Assembly: GCA_965203195.1 (NCBI GenBank)
Contig: OZ241860.1
Location: 642,334-706,333 of the forward strand
From: Dehalococcoidia bacterium
GTDB taxonomy: Bacteria > Chloroflexota > Dehalococcoidia > Lucifugimonadales > UBA3495
DNA length: 64,000 nt
Direction: 5' to 3'
Shown: piece after piece, positions 52,821 through 62,813 of the stretch
Layout of the letters: every line of letters begins with the position of its first letter
Position numbering within the stretch: position 1 is the stretch's first letter
Translations under genes and position numbers: made by a program
The notes under the pieces: generated by a model
The model's input: only the letters and a program-made list of their open reading frames with translations
The model's database searches: none
What the model was told of the DNA's origin: nothing

Positions 52821-53897
52821 TTAGAACGGACAGTCAATCCCCAGCTCCCCGCAGGTGTCGTGGAACCATTCCACCACCTCCTGGTGCAAGGGGATGCCCT
52901 CCACCCGCCGGATGGCCTCCATCTCCGCCTCCGGCTGCCCCGCCACCAGCACCCGCTCCTCCCCCGGCGCCGGACGCGTGCTTTTCATCATCCGCAGCCA
53001 TTCGTCCATCTGGTCCTTGAAATGCTCCGGGTCGTCAAACCCGGCCACATTGTACGCCGCCACATAGTGGCCGAAGTTGGGCCGGCCGGGAACCGCCCCA
53101 TAGCCGAAGCCCGTGAGTACGCCGGCCAGGATGTCCACCATGCAGGACAGCCCGTAGCCCTTGTGGGAACCCAGCTCGCGGGTGCTGCCCAGCGTCAGTA
53201 GCGTGTAGTTGTCCGGCGGATCGGCCTCCTCCATTATCGGGTTGCCCTCGGCGTCCGCCAGCCAGCCCGGCTCCAGCCGGACGCCCAGCCGCCGCGCGAT
53301 GCCCACCTTGTTGCCCGCCACGGCGCTGGTGGCCGCGTCAAACACAAAGGGCGCCTCGTGCCGCGCCGGCGCCGCAATGGCAATAGGATTCGTCCCCAGA
53401 CGCGGCTCCGCCCCGAAAGTCGGCACCACCGACGGCGGGCAACTGGTCATACAGACGCCAATCATATCGTGTTCCAGGGCCATCATCGCATGGTAGGATG
53501 CCATCCCCAGATGCCGCGCGTTGCCGATGGTGACCATGCCCACGCCCACTTCGCCCGCCTTGCGGATGGCGATTTCCATCGCCTTGGGCGTGGTGATGAT
53601 GCCCAGCCCCCGGTCGGAGTCAATGCTGGCGGTGCCGGGAGTTTCCCGGACAATCCGCAGCTCGGGCTTCGGGTTGATCTGCCCGGCCGTGTAGCCGCTG
53701 ACATAGCTGCGCAGCATATTGGAAACGCCGTGCGAATCCACGCCCCGCAGGTCGGCCAGAACCAGCACATCGGCGCCCAGCCGGGCATCCTCCGGCGGCA
53801 CGCCCATTTTCTCAAACACGGCGGCCACGGTGGACTTCAGCGCGTCCCCCGAAACCATCGTCGCCTCGTCCAGACTCACGCGAAACTTGGGTAACAC
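52821..53897 (-). CDS. Ldh_2 family (malate/L-lactate/ureidoglycolate-type) dehydrogenase
   Basis: 358 aa. The DLRGVDSHGV motif is typical of the family. GTG start behind a GGAGG RBS. Confidence 0.8.
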   Translation of the reverse strand: MLPKFRVSLDEATMVSGDALKSTVAAVFEKMGVPPEDARLGADVLVLADLRGVDSHGVSNMLRSYVSGYTAGQINPKPELRIVRETPGTASIDSDRGLGIITTPKAMEIAIRKAGEVGVGMVTIGNARHLGMASYHAMMALEHDMIGVCMTSCPPSVVPTFGAEPRLGTNPIAIAAPARHEAPFVFDAATSAVAGNKVGIARRLGVRLEPGWLADAEGNPIMEEADPPDNYTLLTLGSTRELGSHKGYGLSCMVDILAGVLTGFGYGAVPGRPNFGHYVAAYNVAGFDDPEHFKDQMDEWLRMMKSTRPAPGEERVLVAGQPEAEMEAIRRVEGIPLHQEVVEWFHDTCGELGIDCPF

Positions 53898-54066
53898 AAC
53901 ATACCTCCGGCGCGGCCTGTCGTCAGCAAGATGGCGCCCGGGCCACAGGGTCAGAATAATGTAGTCAGCGCGCAGGTACAGTATAGCGCCGGATCGTCCG
54001 CCGTCAAGCCGCTGAGACTGCGCCGGGCTTTCCAGCCGCCTATGCCCTTATGCCCCCGCCAAGGGC

Positions 54067-55278
54067 CTACCCCTCAAAATAGCCTTCCGCCCGGAACAGC
54101 TCCGCCAGCCGGCCCACGCCCTCCGTGATCTCCGCCGGCGTGTTGTGGCTGTAAGCCAGCCGCAGGCAGTTGTTGCGCTGCCGGTCGGCGCGGAACACCC
54201 CGCCGGGGTTGTACTTGACCTCCCGCGCCACCGCTTTCGGCAGCAGCTTCCAGGTATCCGCTCCCTCCGGCAGCCGCACGAACGCCAGCATCCCGCCCGC
54301 CGGCTGCGTCCATTCGCAAAAGGCCGGAAAGTCCCGCGCCAGCGCCCCCAGCATCGCATCCCGCCGCGCCTGCAACGCCTGCCGCACCGCCTCAATATGC
54401 GCCGCTTCGTGTTCCCGCAGGTATTCGTACACCAGCATTGTCGCCAGATGGCTTACTCCCCGGCGGGGCATATTCCCGGCGCCCGCCGGCGGCAGCGCCG
54501 CCCGCGCCCCCGCCGGCAGCGTCCCGAAACCTACCCGCAGCCCGCAGCCCAGCAGCTTGGTGAACGACGATACATAGAACACATCGTCCCCGGCGCTGAT
54601 GCCGGCGAAAGACGGCGGCAGCGGCGCGCCGTCAATCCGAAAATCGGCGTAAGAATCGTTCTCCAGCACCGGAACCCCGTAGCGCTGGGCCACCGCCAGC
54701 AGTTCCCGCCGCCGCGTCTCCGGCGTCGTGAAGCCCAGCGGATTCTGGTACACCGGAATCAGCCAGACGAACTTCGCCCGCCGTCCGTTGCGTTCCAGCG
54801 TCGCCAGGGCGTCATCCAGCGCCGCCGGCGTCATCCCGTCATCGTCCCCGGCGATGTGAATGGGTTCCGCGCCCCGTTCCAGCATCATCCGCAGGCTGCC
54901 CATATAGGTGAATTCCTCCACCAGGATGGCGTCGCCGGGGTTGATAAACGCTTCCAGCAGGATGCTGATGGCGCCGCCGGCCCCGTCGGAGATGAACACA
55001 TCGGCCGGATCGGCGTCAAAACCCCGGTTGGCGGACAGCCTTTGCGCCACCAGTTCCCGCAGCCCGGTATGGCCGCCCGGCGGCGGGTAGCCGGCTAAAG
55101 CGTTGGGGCCGCCCGACTCCAGCCCGGCGCCCACCGCCGCCAGGTACGCCTTAAAGTCGATTACCTCCGGCACCGCATTGGTGATGGAAAACAGATACTT
55201 GGCCGACGCATCCGCCCCGGCGGGCATCGCTACCGCGCGGGGCATATTGCGGGAAAACAGCGCCGCATAGTCCACCAT
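54067..55278 (-). CDS. class I/II PLP-dependent aminotransferase
   Basis: ORF trimmed to MVDYAALF, 403 aa. The PLP-lysine region is SSFTKLLGCGLRVGF. Confidence 0.8.
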   Translation of the reverse strand: MVDYAALFSRNMPRAVAMPAGADASAKYLFSITNAVPEVIDFKAYLAAVGAGLESGGPNALAGYPPPGGHTGLRELVAQRLSANRGFDADPADVFISDGAGGAISILLEAFINPGDAILVEEFTYMGSLRMMLERGAEPIHIAGDDDGMTPAALDDALATLERNGRRAKFVWLIPVYQNPLGFTTPETRRRELLAVAQRYGVPVLENDSYADFRIDGAPLPPSFAGISAGDDVFYVSSFTKLLGCGLRVGFGTLPAGARAALPPAGAGNMPRRGVSHLATMLVYEYLREHEAAHIEAVRQALQARRDAMLGALARDFPAFCEWTQPAGGMLAFVRLPEGADTWKLLPKAVAREVKYNPGGVFRADRQRNNCLRLAYSHNTPAEITEGVGRLAELFRAEGYFEG

Positions 55279-55861
55279 AAAGCAGCCCTCCCCAGGCAGG
55301 ATCAAAATCGGCGCCGGCAACCGTGCCGCATTGCGCCACGCTGCGCCGCGCCACAGCCCGGCAAACTGCCCGCCGTCGCCGGCGCCCCATATGGCGGCAC
55401 AGCATAAAGCAAGCGCCGGCCCGGTGTCTATGCTCCGACCTAACCGGGTAGCGTTTCCAATCGGGTGATTTTGATATTTACCCGTCGTTCCGGCGCCAGC
55501 CGGCATCTGGGCGTTTCCAGTGAACTTCGGCTTGCCCCGGAGCGACGCGCTGATAGCTGAACCGCTTGAAAAGAAGCGCTACCCGCCGGCCAGCCCAAAC
55601 GCGCCCCTTTGTCCTCCGGCAGCATTGCCGCCGGAGGGCATTCCATTTTCCGGCGCCCACAGCCCGCTACCGGCAGCCCCCAATCACCGGCAACCCCCAA
55701 TCCGATGAAAGCGCAGCGGCGTATTCCGGCGTATAATGCCCCTTGCCCCGGTGTCCGGCCCTATCGGTGTTGGCCCTTTGCCGGCGCCGTTATCGGCAAC
55801 CCAACCGGGACCAGCCCCCATACCAGCGGGATTAGCCCCCATACCAAATTGAGGAAGCGTT

Positions 55862-58468
55862 ATGCGCCGGCTTGCCCACCACATCAGCCACTCCGCCCGC
55901 CGCGCCTGGCCCGACCGTCCGGCCCGCCGGCCCGGAATGACCGGATTTGCGGGCGTTGTGGTAGCCGCTGCGCTGGTCGCCGTTCTCCTGCTCTTGGGCG
56001 GCGGTGGCGCCACCGCCACGGCGGTGACCACCGACCACTACCGCCCGGCCGCCGCAGCCCCTGCCTTGCCCATTCCCCAAATGCCGACGCCCTGCGAAAG
56101 TCTGAACGCCAACCAGGGCGGCGATACCACGCCGGGCGATACCTTTAACCTCACCCTGCAATTCACGCCGGCGGGCTGCGCCCCGGACGCCGACGGCAGC
56201 CTGGCCGGCGAAATCACCATCACTCTGCACCACGACATTGGGCTGCCCGCCGGCTTCAACAAGGATAGCATTCGCTTCAGCGCCGGCCAGCGCTTCAACC
56301 TCCAGTACGCCGACATTACCCGCAGCGACGAAGCCAACGAACCCCACGAAATCGTCCTGCCCGGTTGCGCCGGTTGGCGTGCCATCGGCGCCAGCGACCC
56401 GGGCGCCTGCGCCAGTGTGGGCTTCCCGGTAAGCGTCGCCCTGCGCGGCCTGCGCCTGCCCGCCAAACCCGCCACCGAAGGCGACGGATACCAGGTAACC
56501 ATACAATGGGATAACGGGCGGCAATTCACGGATACCATAAACGTCGACGCCGCCCTGGAGGTTGTCGGGGATGACGAATTCAGCTACGGCGAAACCGCAC
56601 AGTTCCGGGGTTCCGGGTTCACCGATGGCCTTACCGTCAACCTCTACATCCAGCAAGGTACCAGCTCCGTAGCCTGCAACAACCGCACCGGCAACTGGAA
56701 CAGCGCCGACCTGGCCACCGTTGACGCCGGCAACCGCTTTACCCTGGCTGTGGACATCGCCACCGCCCTGTTCCCCAGGTCGGGCAAATACCAGATCTGC
56801 GCCGTTGACGGCGCCGGCGTGCACAGCGGAACCTCCATTGACATTGAAATCAAAGCCGGCCTGGCCGTGGTAGGCGCCGGCGAAGTCCGCCCCGGCGGCG
56901 AGATTTCCCTGCGTATCAGCGGCGGCAGCAACCTGGTGGTTGATAGCGTATTCGTCGGCGGGCAACGGCTGGACAACCGGCAGTGGCGACTATCCGGCAG
57001 CAGCCTCACTGTCACCCTGCCGCCTAGGGTGGCCGGCGTCGTCTCCGTCCGCGTCGAGTTCCGAACCGGCGCCTCCGCCCAGGCCAGTGTCACGATCAAA
57101 GACGCCGAGCTGTCGGTAAGCGGCCTCGCCGCGACGGGCGCCGGCCTGGGCCAAAGCCTGTTCGTCTCCGCCGACAACCTGTCCGGCGATATGGTCTGCA
57201 TGGTCAGTCTGGGCGGTGTCAGCTTGGCCTTTCTGGACGGCGACCGGATTTACGACACCGGCGATTGCCCCCAGGTCCACCGGGGACGCTTCAACGCCCC
57301 GGTAGCGGTCACCGACCGCAACGGGCGCATCACCGCCGACCTGATTAACAAGTTCCTGACCAGCGATGGCGCCGAAAACCTGGAAATCGTCGACAGCGAA
57401 GGCGTAAAAGCCAAAGCGGAGGTCAAAATCGCCCAGCCCTCGGTGTCCCTGGACAAGGTCGACGGCGCTATCACCGCCGGCGCCACTATCACCATCCGGG
57501 GCCGCCACTTCCCGCCCCAGCGGGGTTATTACAACAGCCCGCGCGTCGTGCTGGCAGTCAATGGCCGCACGGCGTGCAACATCTACAGCGAAAGCAGTCA
57601 ATGGACTTGCCCCTACAAAGTTTCCTCCCGCCTGGAGCCTGGGCAGCGCATCAATGTAAGCGTCTCCATTGATGGGCACCCCCTACCCAGCCTCACTTCA
57701 GACCTCAAAATTGAGGTGGAACCGCCGGGCATCACCGCCAGCCTCAAATCCCTGCGCATCGGCGAGCCTTTCCAAGTTGTGGTAACCGGGTTGAAACGGT
57801 TTATTCACGGCTACACGGTTGAGCTCCCCAACGGGCCCAATCTGCGGTTTGACGGCGAAAGCGCCTTCCTCTCCGACGGCGCCGGGCGGTTCACCGGCGA
57901 AACCGTCATCCCCGAGGATTTCCACGAGGAGGAAACTCGCAACGGGGAGCGCCTCCTCACTATGTACGTGCGCGATGCTGATGACAAGCGAACCGGCGCC
58001 TTCGCGGTCGTAACCCTATTGCCCGATCCCGTGCCGACGCCCACGCCCGTTCCCACCGCAACGCCCGTTCCCACGCCCACACCCACGCCGACGCCCGTGC
58101 CTACGCCCACGCCGGTTCCTACCGCAACGCCGCTGCCTACCCCCACCCCGACGCCCACGCCGGTGCCCACCGCAACGCCGCTGCCTACCCCCACGCCGGT
58201 TCCTGCCGACACCCCGGCGCCGCCCACCGCCACGCCCACGCCGCTGCCCACTATTGACGGCGCCAGCATTGAGGCCACCATCACCGCCGCGGTTCAGGGC
58301 GAAACGGTGGTGCGCGACCGGCCCACCGGCGCAGCCCCGGACGACGGCGGGAACAACTATCTGGCGATCGCTCTGATTGCCCTGGGCGCGCTGGCCGCCC
58401 TGGGCGCGGCCATCCTGGTAGTGGCGCTGCTGCTACGACGCCGGAGGCCGGGTCAGGGTGCAACATAG
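55862..58468 (+). CDS. large cell-surface protein (N-terminal anchor, multiple Ig-like/IPT-like beta domains, Pro/Thr linker, C-terminal TM anchor)
   Basis: 868 aa. N-terminal [16 protein letters not shown] and repeated beta-rich modules. [18 protein letters not shown]... linker is encoded at about 58020-58250. C-terminal [25 protein letters not shown] followed by RRRR. Confidence 0.75.
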   Translation: MRRLAHHISHSARRAWPDRPARRPGMTGFAGVVVAAALVAVLLLLGGGGATATAVTTDHYRPAAAAPALPIPQMPTPCESLNANQGGDTTPGDTFNLTLQFTPAGCAPDADGSLAGEITITLHHDIGLPAGFNKDSIRFSAGQRFNLQYADITRSDEANEPHEIVLPGCAGWRAIGASDPGACASVGFPVSVALRGLRLPAKPATEGDGYQVTIQWDNGRQFTDTINVDAALEVVGDDEFSYGETAQFRGSGFTDGLTVNLYIQQGTSSVACNNRTGNWNSADLATVDAGNRFTLAVDIATALFPRSGKYQICAVDGAGVHSGTSIDIEIKAGLAVVGAGEVRPGGEISLRISGGSNLVVDSVFVGGQRLDNRQWRLSGSSLTVTLPPRVAGVVSVRVEFRTGASAQASVTIKDAELSVSGLAATGAGLGQSLFVSADNLSGDMVCMVSLGGVSLAFLDGDRIYDTGDCPQVHRGRFNAPVAVTDRNGRITADLINKFLTSDGAENLEIVDSEGVKAKAEVKIAQPSVSLDKVDGAITAGATITIRGRHFPPQRGYYNSPRVVLAVNGRTACNIYSESSQWTCPYKVSSRLEPGQRINVSVSIDGHPLPSLTSDLKIEVEPPGITASLKSLRIGEPFQVVVTGLKRFIHGYTVELPNGPNLRFDGESAFLSDGAGRFTGETVIPEDFHEEETRNGERLLTMYVRDADDKRTGAFAVVTLLPDPVPTPTPVPTATPVPTPTPTPTPVPTPTPVPTATPLPTPTPTPTPVPTATPLPTPTPVPADTPAPPTATPTPLPTIDGASIEATITAAVQGETVVRDRPTGAAPDDGGNNYLAIALIALGALAALGAAILVVALLLRRRRPGQGAT

Positions 58469-58592
58469 ACGGATTGACGCCCCGCACAGAAATCCCGGCG
58501 GGGTGCCCCGCCCGCCTGTTGCCGTAGCCGCCGCCCGAAGGCAGCGGGCCGGATGAACCGAGCCGGGGAAACCGGAACCCGGCCGCCTGCGG

Positions 58593-60029
58593 TCAGGCGT
58601 CCTTATTGTTGGTCAGGCTGGTCAGAAACTCGCTGTTGGTGCGGGTGCGCGCCAGCCGTTCCAGGACGCGCTTGGTGGCATCCCCCATATTGGCCTGGTC
58701 GCTGCCCGAAGCCAGCGTCACCATCCGGCGCAGCAGCCAGATCTGCGGCACGGCGTCGGCATCGTAAAGCAGCTCCTCCCGCCGGGTGCCGCTGCGCACC
58801 ACATCAATGGCCGGGAAATAACGCTGGTCGGCCAGCCGCCGGTCCAGATGCAGCTCCATATTGCCGGTGCCTTTGAACTCTTCGTAAATCACTTCGTCCA
58901 TCCGGCTGCCCGTGTCCAGCAGGCAGGTGGCGATGATGGTCAGGGAGCCGCCCTCCTCCAGATTGCGCGCCGCGCCGATGAACCGCTTGGCGGGGTACAG
59001 GGCCGCCGGGTCAATGCCGCCGGACATTGTGCGCCCCGAGGTGGGCAGCGCCAGGTTATAGGCCCGCGTCAGCCGGGTAATGCTGTCCAGCAGGATGACC
59101 ACATCAAGCCCGGTCTCGGTCATCCGCTTGGCCCGTTCCACGGCCAGCTCCGCCACGCGGCACTGCTCCTCAACGGATTCGTCAAAGGTGGAGGCGAACA
59201 CATCGCCTTTCACGGCGCGGCGCATCTCCGTGACTTCCTCCGGCCGCTCGCCGATCAGCACTACCATCAGCAGCAACTCGGGCCAATTTTCGGTGATGGC
59301 GGCGGCAATCTGCCGCAGGACGGTGGTCTTGCCCGCTTTGGGCGGCGACACCACCAGCCCCCGCTGCCCCAGCCCGATGGGGGCAAAGAGGTCAATCATC
59401 CGCGAGGGCAACCCGCCCTGCGGGTGTTCCAGCGCAATATGCTCGTTGGGGAAAATGGGCGTCAGCGACTCGAAAATGCGCCGCGCGCCGGGTTTCTGCT
59501 CCTCCGGATCCAGCAGGTTGATCTCGGTCGGGCGTACCAGTTCGTAGTCGTACCGGCGCTGCCGGTCTTTGGGCGGACGCACCAGGCCGGTGATGGTGTC
59601 CCCGGTCTTGAGGTTATGGCGCCGGATTTGCGCCTGCTCCACATAGGCGTCCCCGGCAATGGGCGGGTACTGCAAGGAGCGCATCAGCCCATGCCCGGCG
59701 TCCATCACTTCCAGCACGCCCGTGGCCTTCAGCCGGTTCCGGCTGGCGGCGGCCAGGCGCACTTTGTTGAGCAGAAGTTCCCGGTTGCCGTCCGCCGGCG
59801 CGTCGTCGGTGCGGGCGCCAACTTCAGGGGCCAGCTCCAGCAGCCCCGCAACGGACATCGTGGACAACTCGGCAATGTCCACCGGCTGTCCTTCCGGGGC
59901 GTCCGGGATGGCCGGGGGCGGAAGCCCGTCGGCCAATCCGGGCGGAGCTTTGCCGTTGGGCGCCCCGGGCGGACGGCGGCGGGGACGGCGGGTAGGCGGG
60001 GCCGTTGCGGCCGGTCGCGCGCGGACCAT
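58593..60029 (-). CDS. rho: transcription termination factor Rho (with basic/Pro-rich N-terminal extension)
   Basis: 478 aa. Walker A PPKAGKTT. Rho-typical segments [14 protein letters not shown] and [30 protein letters not shown]. Confidence 0.9.
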   Translation of the reverse strand: MVRARPAATAPPTRRPRRRPPGAPNGKAPPGLADGLPPPAIPDAPEGQPVDIAELSTMSVAGLLELAPEVGARTDDAPADGNRELLLNKVRLAAASRNRLKATGVLEVMDAGHGLMRSLQYPPIAGDAYVEQAQIRRHNLKTGDTITGLVRPPKDRQRRYDYELVRPTEINLLDPEEQKPGARRIFESLTPIFPNEHIALEHPQGGLPSRMIDLFAPIGLGQRGLVVSPPKAGKTTVLRQIAAAITENWPELLLMVVLIGERPEEVTEMRRAVKGDVFASTFDESVEEQCRVAELAVERAKRMTETGLDVVILLDSITRLTRAYNLALPTSGRTMSGGIDPAALYPAKRFIGAARNLEEGGSLTIIATCLLDTGSRMDEVIYEEFKGTGNMELHLDRRLADQRYFPAIDVVRSGTRREELLYDADAVPQIWLLRRMVTLASGSDQANMGDATKRVLERLARTRTNSEFLTSLTNNKDA

Positions 60030-60033
60030 AGTG

Positions 60034-60693
60034 TCAGCCTCCGGATGCTTGCTGCCAGTCTTTGAGGAATTGGGCTAAACCGGCGTCGGTGAGCGGGTGT
60101 TTAATCATCTGCGTCAGTACCCCGTAGGGGATGGTGGCAATGTCGGCGCCCGCCGCGGCGGCCGCCACGCAGTGGCGCGCCCCGCGGATGCTGGCCGCCA
60201 TCACCATCGTTTCAATCTCCTGGGCGCGGTACACGGCCACAATGTCCCGCACCAGAGCCATTCCGTCCTGCCCGATGTCGTCCAGACGGCCCACGAAGGG
60301 GCTAACCACAGCGCTGCCCGCGTTGGCGCCCAGCAGGGCCTGGTTGACGGAAAACACCAGTGTCTGGTTGATTTTGATGCCATCCCGCGCCAGCGCGCTG
60401 ATGGCCTTGAATCCCTCGGCGGTGCTGGGTATTTTGACCCAGGGGTTGGGAATCCACTCGGCAATGTCCCGGCCCTCGGCAATCATCCCGGCGGCGTCGG
60501 TACTGACTACTTCCACGGAGATGGGGCCGTCAATGAGGTCCGCGATCTCCTGCACGGCGGCGCGGTAGCCGGCGGCCCCCCCGATGCCCTCTTTGGCGGC
60601 CAGGGACGGGTTGGTGGTAATGCCGGAAATGACGCCCAGCTCGGCGCCCTGCCGGATTTCGTCAATGTTGGCGGTGTCCAGAAAAAGTTTCAC
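60034..60693 (-). CDS. tal: transaldolase / fructose-6-phosphate aldolase (class I, short subfamily 3B)
   Basis: GTG start giving VKLFLDTANIDEIRQGAELGVISGITTNPSL, 219 aa. The gene ends 4 nt before the rho start. Confidence 0.85.
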   Translation of the reverse strand: MKLFLDTANIDEIRQGAELGVISGITTNPSLAAKEGIGGAAGYRAAVQEIADLIDGPISVEVVSTDAAGMIAEGRDIAEWIPNPWVKIPSTAEGFKAISALARDGIKINQTLVFSVNQALLGANAGSAVVSPFVGRLDDIGQDGMALVRDIVAVYRAQEIETMVMAASIRGARHCVAAAAAGADIATIPYGVLTQMIKHPLTDAGLAQFLKDWQQASGG

Positions 60694-60718
60694 AAGTATC
60701 CTGCTCCTGGCGTCAAAA

Positions 60719-62371
60719 TCAGGCGGTGAATGACCACCAGCCGGGGCGATGCAGAGGCAGCTGCCGGCCCTCCCGGATGGTGCGCTGCGCCTGCCCAATC
60801 AGGGCCTGGAACAGCGGATGCGGACGGTTGGGGCGGGACCGGAATTCCGGGTGGAACTGCACGCCCACCATAAAGGGATGGTCGGGGATTTCGGCGGCTT
60901 CCACCAGCGCCCCGTCGGGGGACAAGCCGCTCATCATCATACCGGACGCTACCAGCTTCTTCCGGTAGCGGTTGTTGACTTCGTAGCGGTGGCGATGGCG
61001 CTCCATCACCTGGGGCGCGGCGTAGGCCCCGGCGGCGCGCGTGCCGCCCTGGGGAACGCAGGGATACTGCCCCAGCCGCATCGTGCCGCCCAGGTCGGTG
61101 ACGCCGATTTGCCCATTCATTATATCAATAACCGGGTGTTCACAGTCGGGATCCAGTTCGGACGAATTGGCGCGCTTGAGGCCGGCGACATCCCGCGCCC
61201 AGTCAATCACCATCACCTGCATCCCCAGGCAAAGGCCCAGATAAGGCACGCCCTTGTCGCGGGCGTAGCGGCTGGTGTCCACCATGCCCTCCACGCCGCG
61301 CGGCCCGAAACCGCCGGGAACCACAATGCCGCTGACATCCTTCAGGTAAGCGTCCGGGCCGTCGCGTTCCACCGCTTCCGAGTGCACCCAGCGCACTTCG
61401 GCGCGCAGGCCGCAGGCGGCGGCGGCGTGGCGCAAAGCTTCCCGCACCGACATATAGGAATCGGGGTATTCCACATACTTGCCCACCACGGCAATGGACA
61501 CCGTATCCCGGGCGGAATTCATCCGCTCCACCAGCGTCCGCCATTCCCCCAGCTCGCACTGCCCGTCCAGCCCCAGCGCCTGCGAAAGGATGCGCCCCAT
61601 GCCGAACTGTTCCATTATCAGCGGCACTTCATAGACGTTGCCCACGGTGGGCATCGGGAACACGGCTTCCGTTTCCACATCGCAGAACAGGGAAAGCTTT
61701 TCCTGTATGGGGCGGGTCACTTCGCTGTCGCTGCGGCAGATGAGGGCGTCGGGCTGGATGCCGATGCTGCGCAGCTCCTTGACGCTGTGCTGGGTAGGCT
61801 TGGTTTTGAGTTCCTCCGATGCGGATATGTACGGCAGCAGGGTCAAGTGCACATAAAAAACATTGTTGCGCCCGACCAGGTTGCGCATCTGGCGGATGGC
61901 CTCCAGAAAGGGCAGCCCTTCAATGTCGCCCACGGTGCCGCCCACTTCCACCACCACCACATCGGCGCCGGATTTGGCGGCCAGCCCCACCAGCCGGTCT
62001 TTGATTTCGTTGGTAAGGTGCGGCACGGTCTGGATGGTGCCGCCGAGGAAATCCCCGCGCCGTTCCCGGGTAATCAGCCCCACATAGGCTTGCCCGGCGG
62101 TGACATTGCTGTCGCGAGTCAGTTCCACATCAATGAACCGCTCGTAGTGGCCCAGGTCAAGGTCGGTTTCGCCGCCGTCGCAGGTTACGAAAACCTCCCC
62201 ATGCTGGTAGGGAGACATCGTGCCGGGGTCCACATTCAGATAAGGGTCCAGCTTGACCACGGTGACGGCAAGGCCCTGGCTTTTCAGGATGCGCCCGATA
62301 GACGCAACGCAGATGCCCTTGCCGATGGAGCTGACCACGCCCCCGGTTACGAATATGTACTTGGCAGCCAT
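60719..62371 (-). CDS. pyrG: CTP synthase
   Basis: ORF trimmed to MAAKYIFVTGGVVSSIGKG. The C-terminal glutaminase module has GLCLGMQ and QFHPEF. 550 aa. Confidence 0.95.
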   Translation of the reverse strand: MAAKYIFVTGGVVSSIGKGICVASIGRILKSQGLAVTVVKLDPYLNVDPGTMSPYQHGEVFVTCDGGETDLDLGHYERFIDVELTRDSNVTAGQAYVGLITRERRGDFLGGTIQTVPHLTNEIKDRLVGLAAKSGADVVVVEVGGTVGDIEGLPFLEAIRQMRNLVGRNNVFYVHLTLLPYISASEELKTKPTQHSVKELRSIGIQPDALICRSDSEVTRPIQEKLSLFCDVETEAVFPMPTVGNVYEVPLIMEQFGMGRILSQALGLDGQCELGEWRTLVERMNSARDTVSIAVVGKYVEYPDSYMSVREALRHAAAACGLRAEVRWVHSEAVERDGPDAYLKDVSGIVVPGGFGPRGVEGMVDTSRYARDKGVPYLGLCLGMQVMVIDWARDVAGLKRANSSELDPDCEHPVIDIMNGQIGVTDLGGTMRLGQYPCVPQGGTRAAGAYAAPQVMERHRHRYEVNNRYRKKLVASGMMMSGLSPDGALVEAAEIPDHPFMVGVQFHPEFRSRPNRPHPLFQALIGQAQRTIREGRQLPLHRPGWWSFTA

Positions 62372-62534
62372 AGGCGCTTGTTTATAGTGGGCAGTGAGTA
62401 ATGGGTTACGACGATGCCGGCCGGTTGGAATACCCGCCCTCCGGCGCGTTGGGGCCGGCCGTGCCACAACAACAGCCGTACCGTAACGACATCACAAGTG
62501 CGGTTTGCGGCGCCTTGCCGGGCAGCATTGCGGC

Positions 62535-62582
62535 GGGGCCAATTTCCAGACGGGGCGATTTCCAGGCGGGGCCAATTTCCAC
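62535..62582. repeat. three direct repeats of a 14-15-nt motif at 16-17-nt spacing (ggggcCAatttccaG / ggggcgatttccag / ggggccaatttccac)
   Basis: Read directly from the sequence. The repeats lie inside the predicted pyrG 5' leader. Confidence 0.85.
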
Positions 62583-62639
62583 AGGACGCGCATTCCGCCC
62601 CTCGCCGCACTGCACTATACCAGCCTCTGATGGCGCCGC

Positions 62640-62669
62640 ATTATAAGCGGTAGCATTTTACTATGTCAA
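62640..62669 (-). promoter_or_regulatory. consensus sigma-70 promoter (TTGACA-N18-TATAAT) pointing toward pyrG
   Basis: Both hexamers are perfect on the minus strand. This implies a 5' leader of about 260 nt before the pyrG ATG at 62371. Confidence 0.6.
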
Positions 62670-62813
62670 ACGTAGTCGTCGCCCGCGCGTAGCCACTTTC
62701 AGAATGACGCCGGCGGCTTGCCCCGCCGCCCGCCTATCGCTACCATACCATCAAACCCGGGCCCCAATCCCCCGCAGCGCCAACAGCCCACCCAGCCCCG
62801 GCAGGAGACAATT

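Noticed and set aside
55279-55861. Long (580-nt) intergenic region with an 8-bp-stem hairpin (cctccggc...gccggagg) and a TATAAT box at about 55733
   Set aside because: I could not pair the TATAAT with a credible -35 element. The hairpin has no gene upstream on its strand to terminate, and I recognised no known RNA motif. It is left unannotated, but an Rfam/RNA-seq check would be worthwhile.
58020-58260. Array-like short repeats (acgcccacgccg / gttcccaccgca...) that could be mistaken for a CRISPR or satellite
   Set aside because: The units are irregular in length, have no unique spacers, and lie in frame inside the 868-aa surface protein, where they encode a [11 protein letters not shown] linker. 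The same applies to 17221-17285 in the FN3 protein.
60749-62401. 550-aa ORF on the plus strand
   Set aside because: It is antisense to pyrG (CTP synthase), whose reading frame is certain.
62347-62615. Small minus-strand ORFs (87 and 69 aa) in the pyrG leader
   Set aside because: Their apparent internal repeats (VEIGPA...LEIGPA) simply reflect the three DNA direct repeats. There is no RBS and they overlap the pyrG start. I treat the region as non-coding leader.
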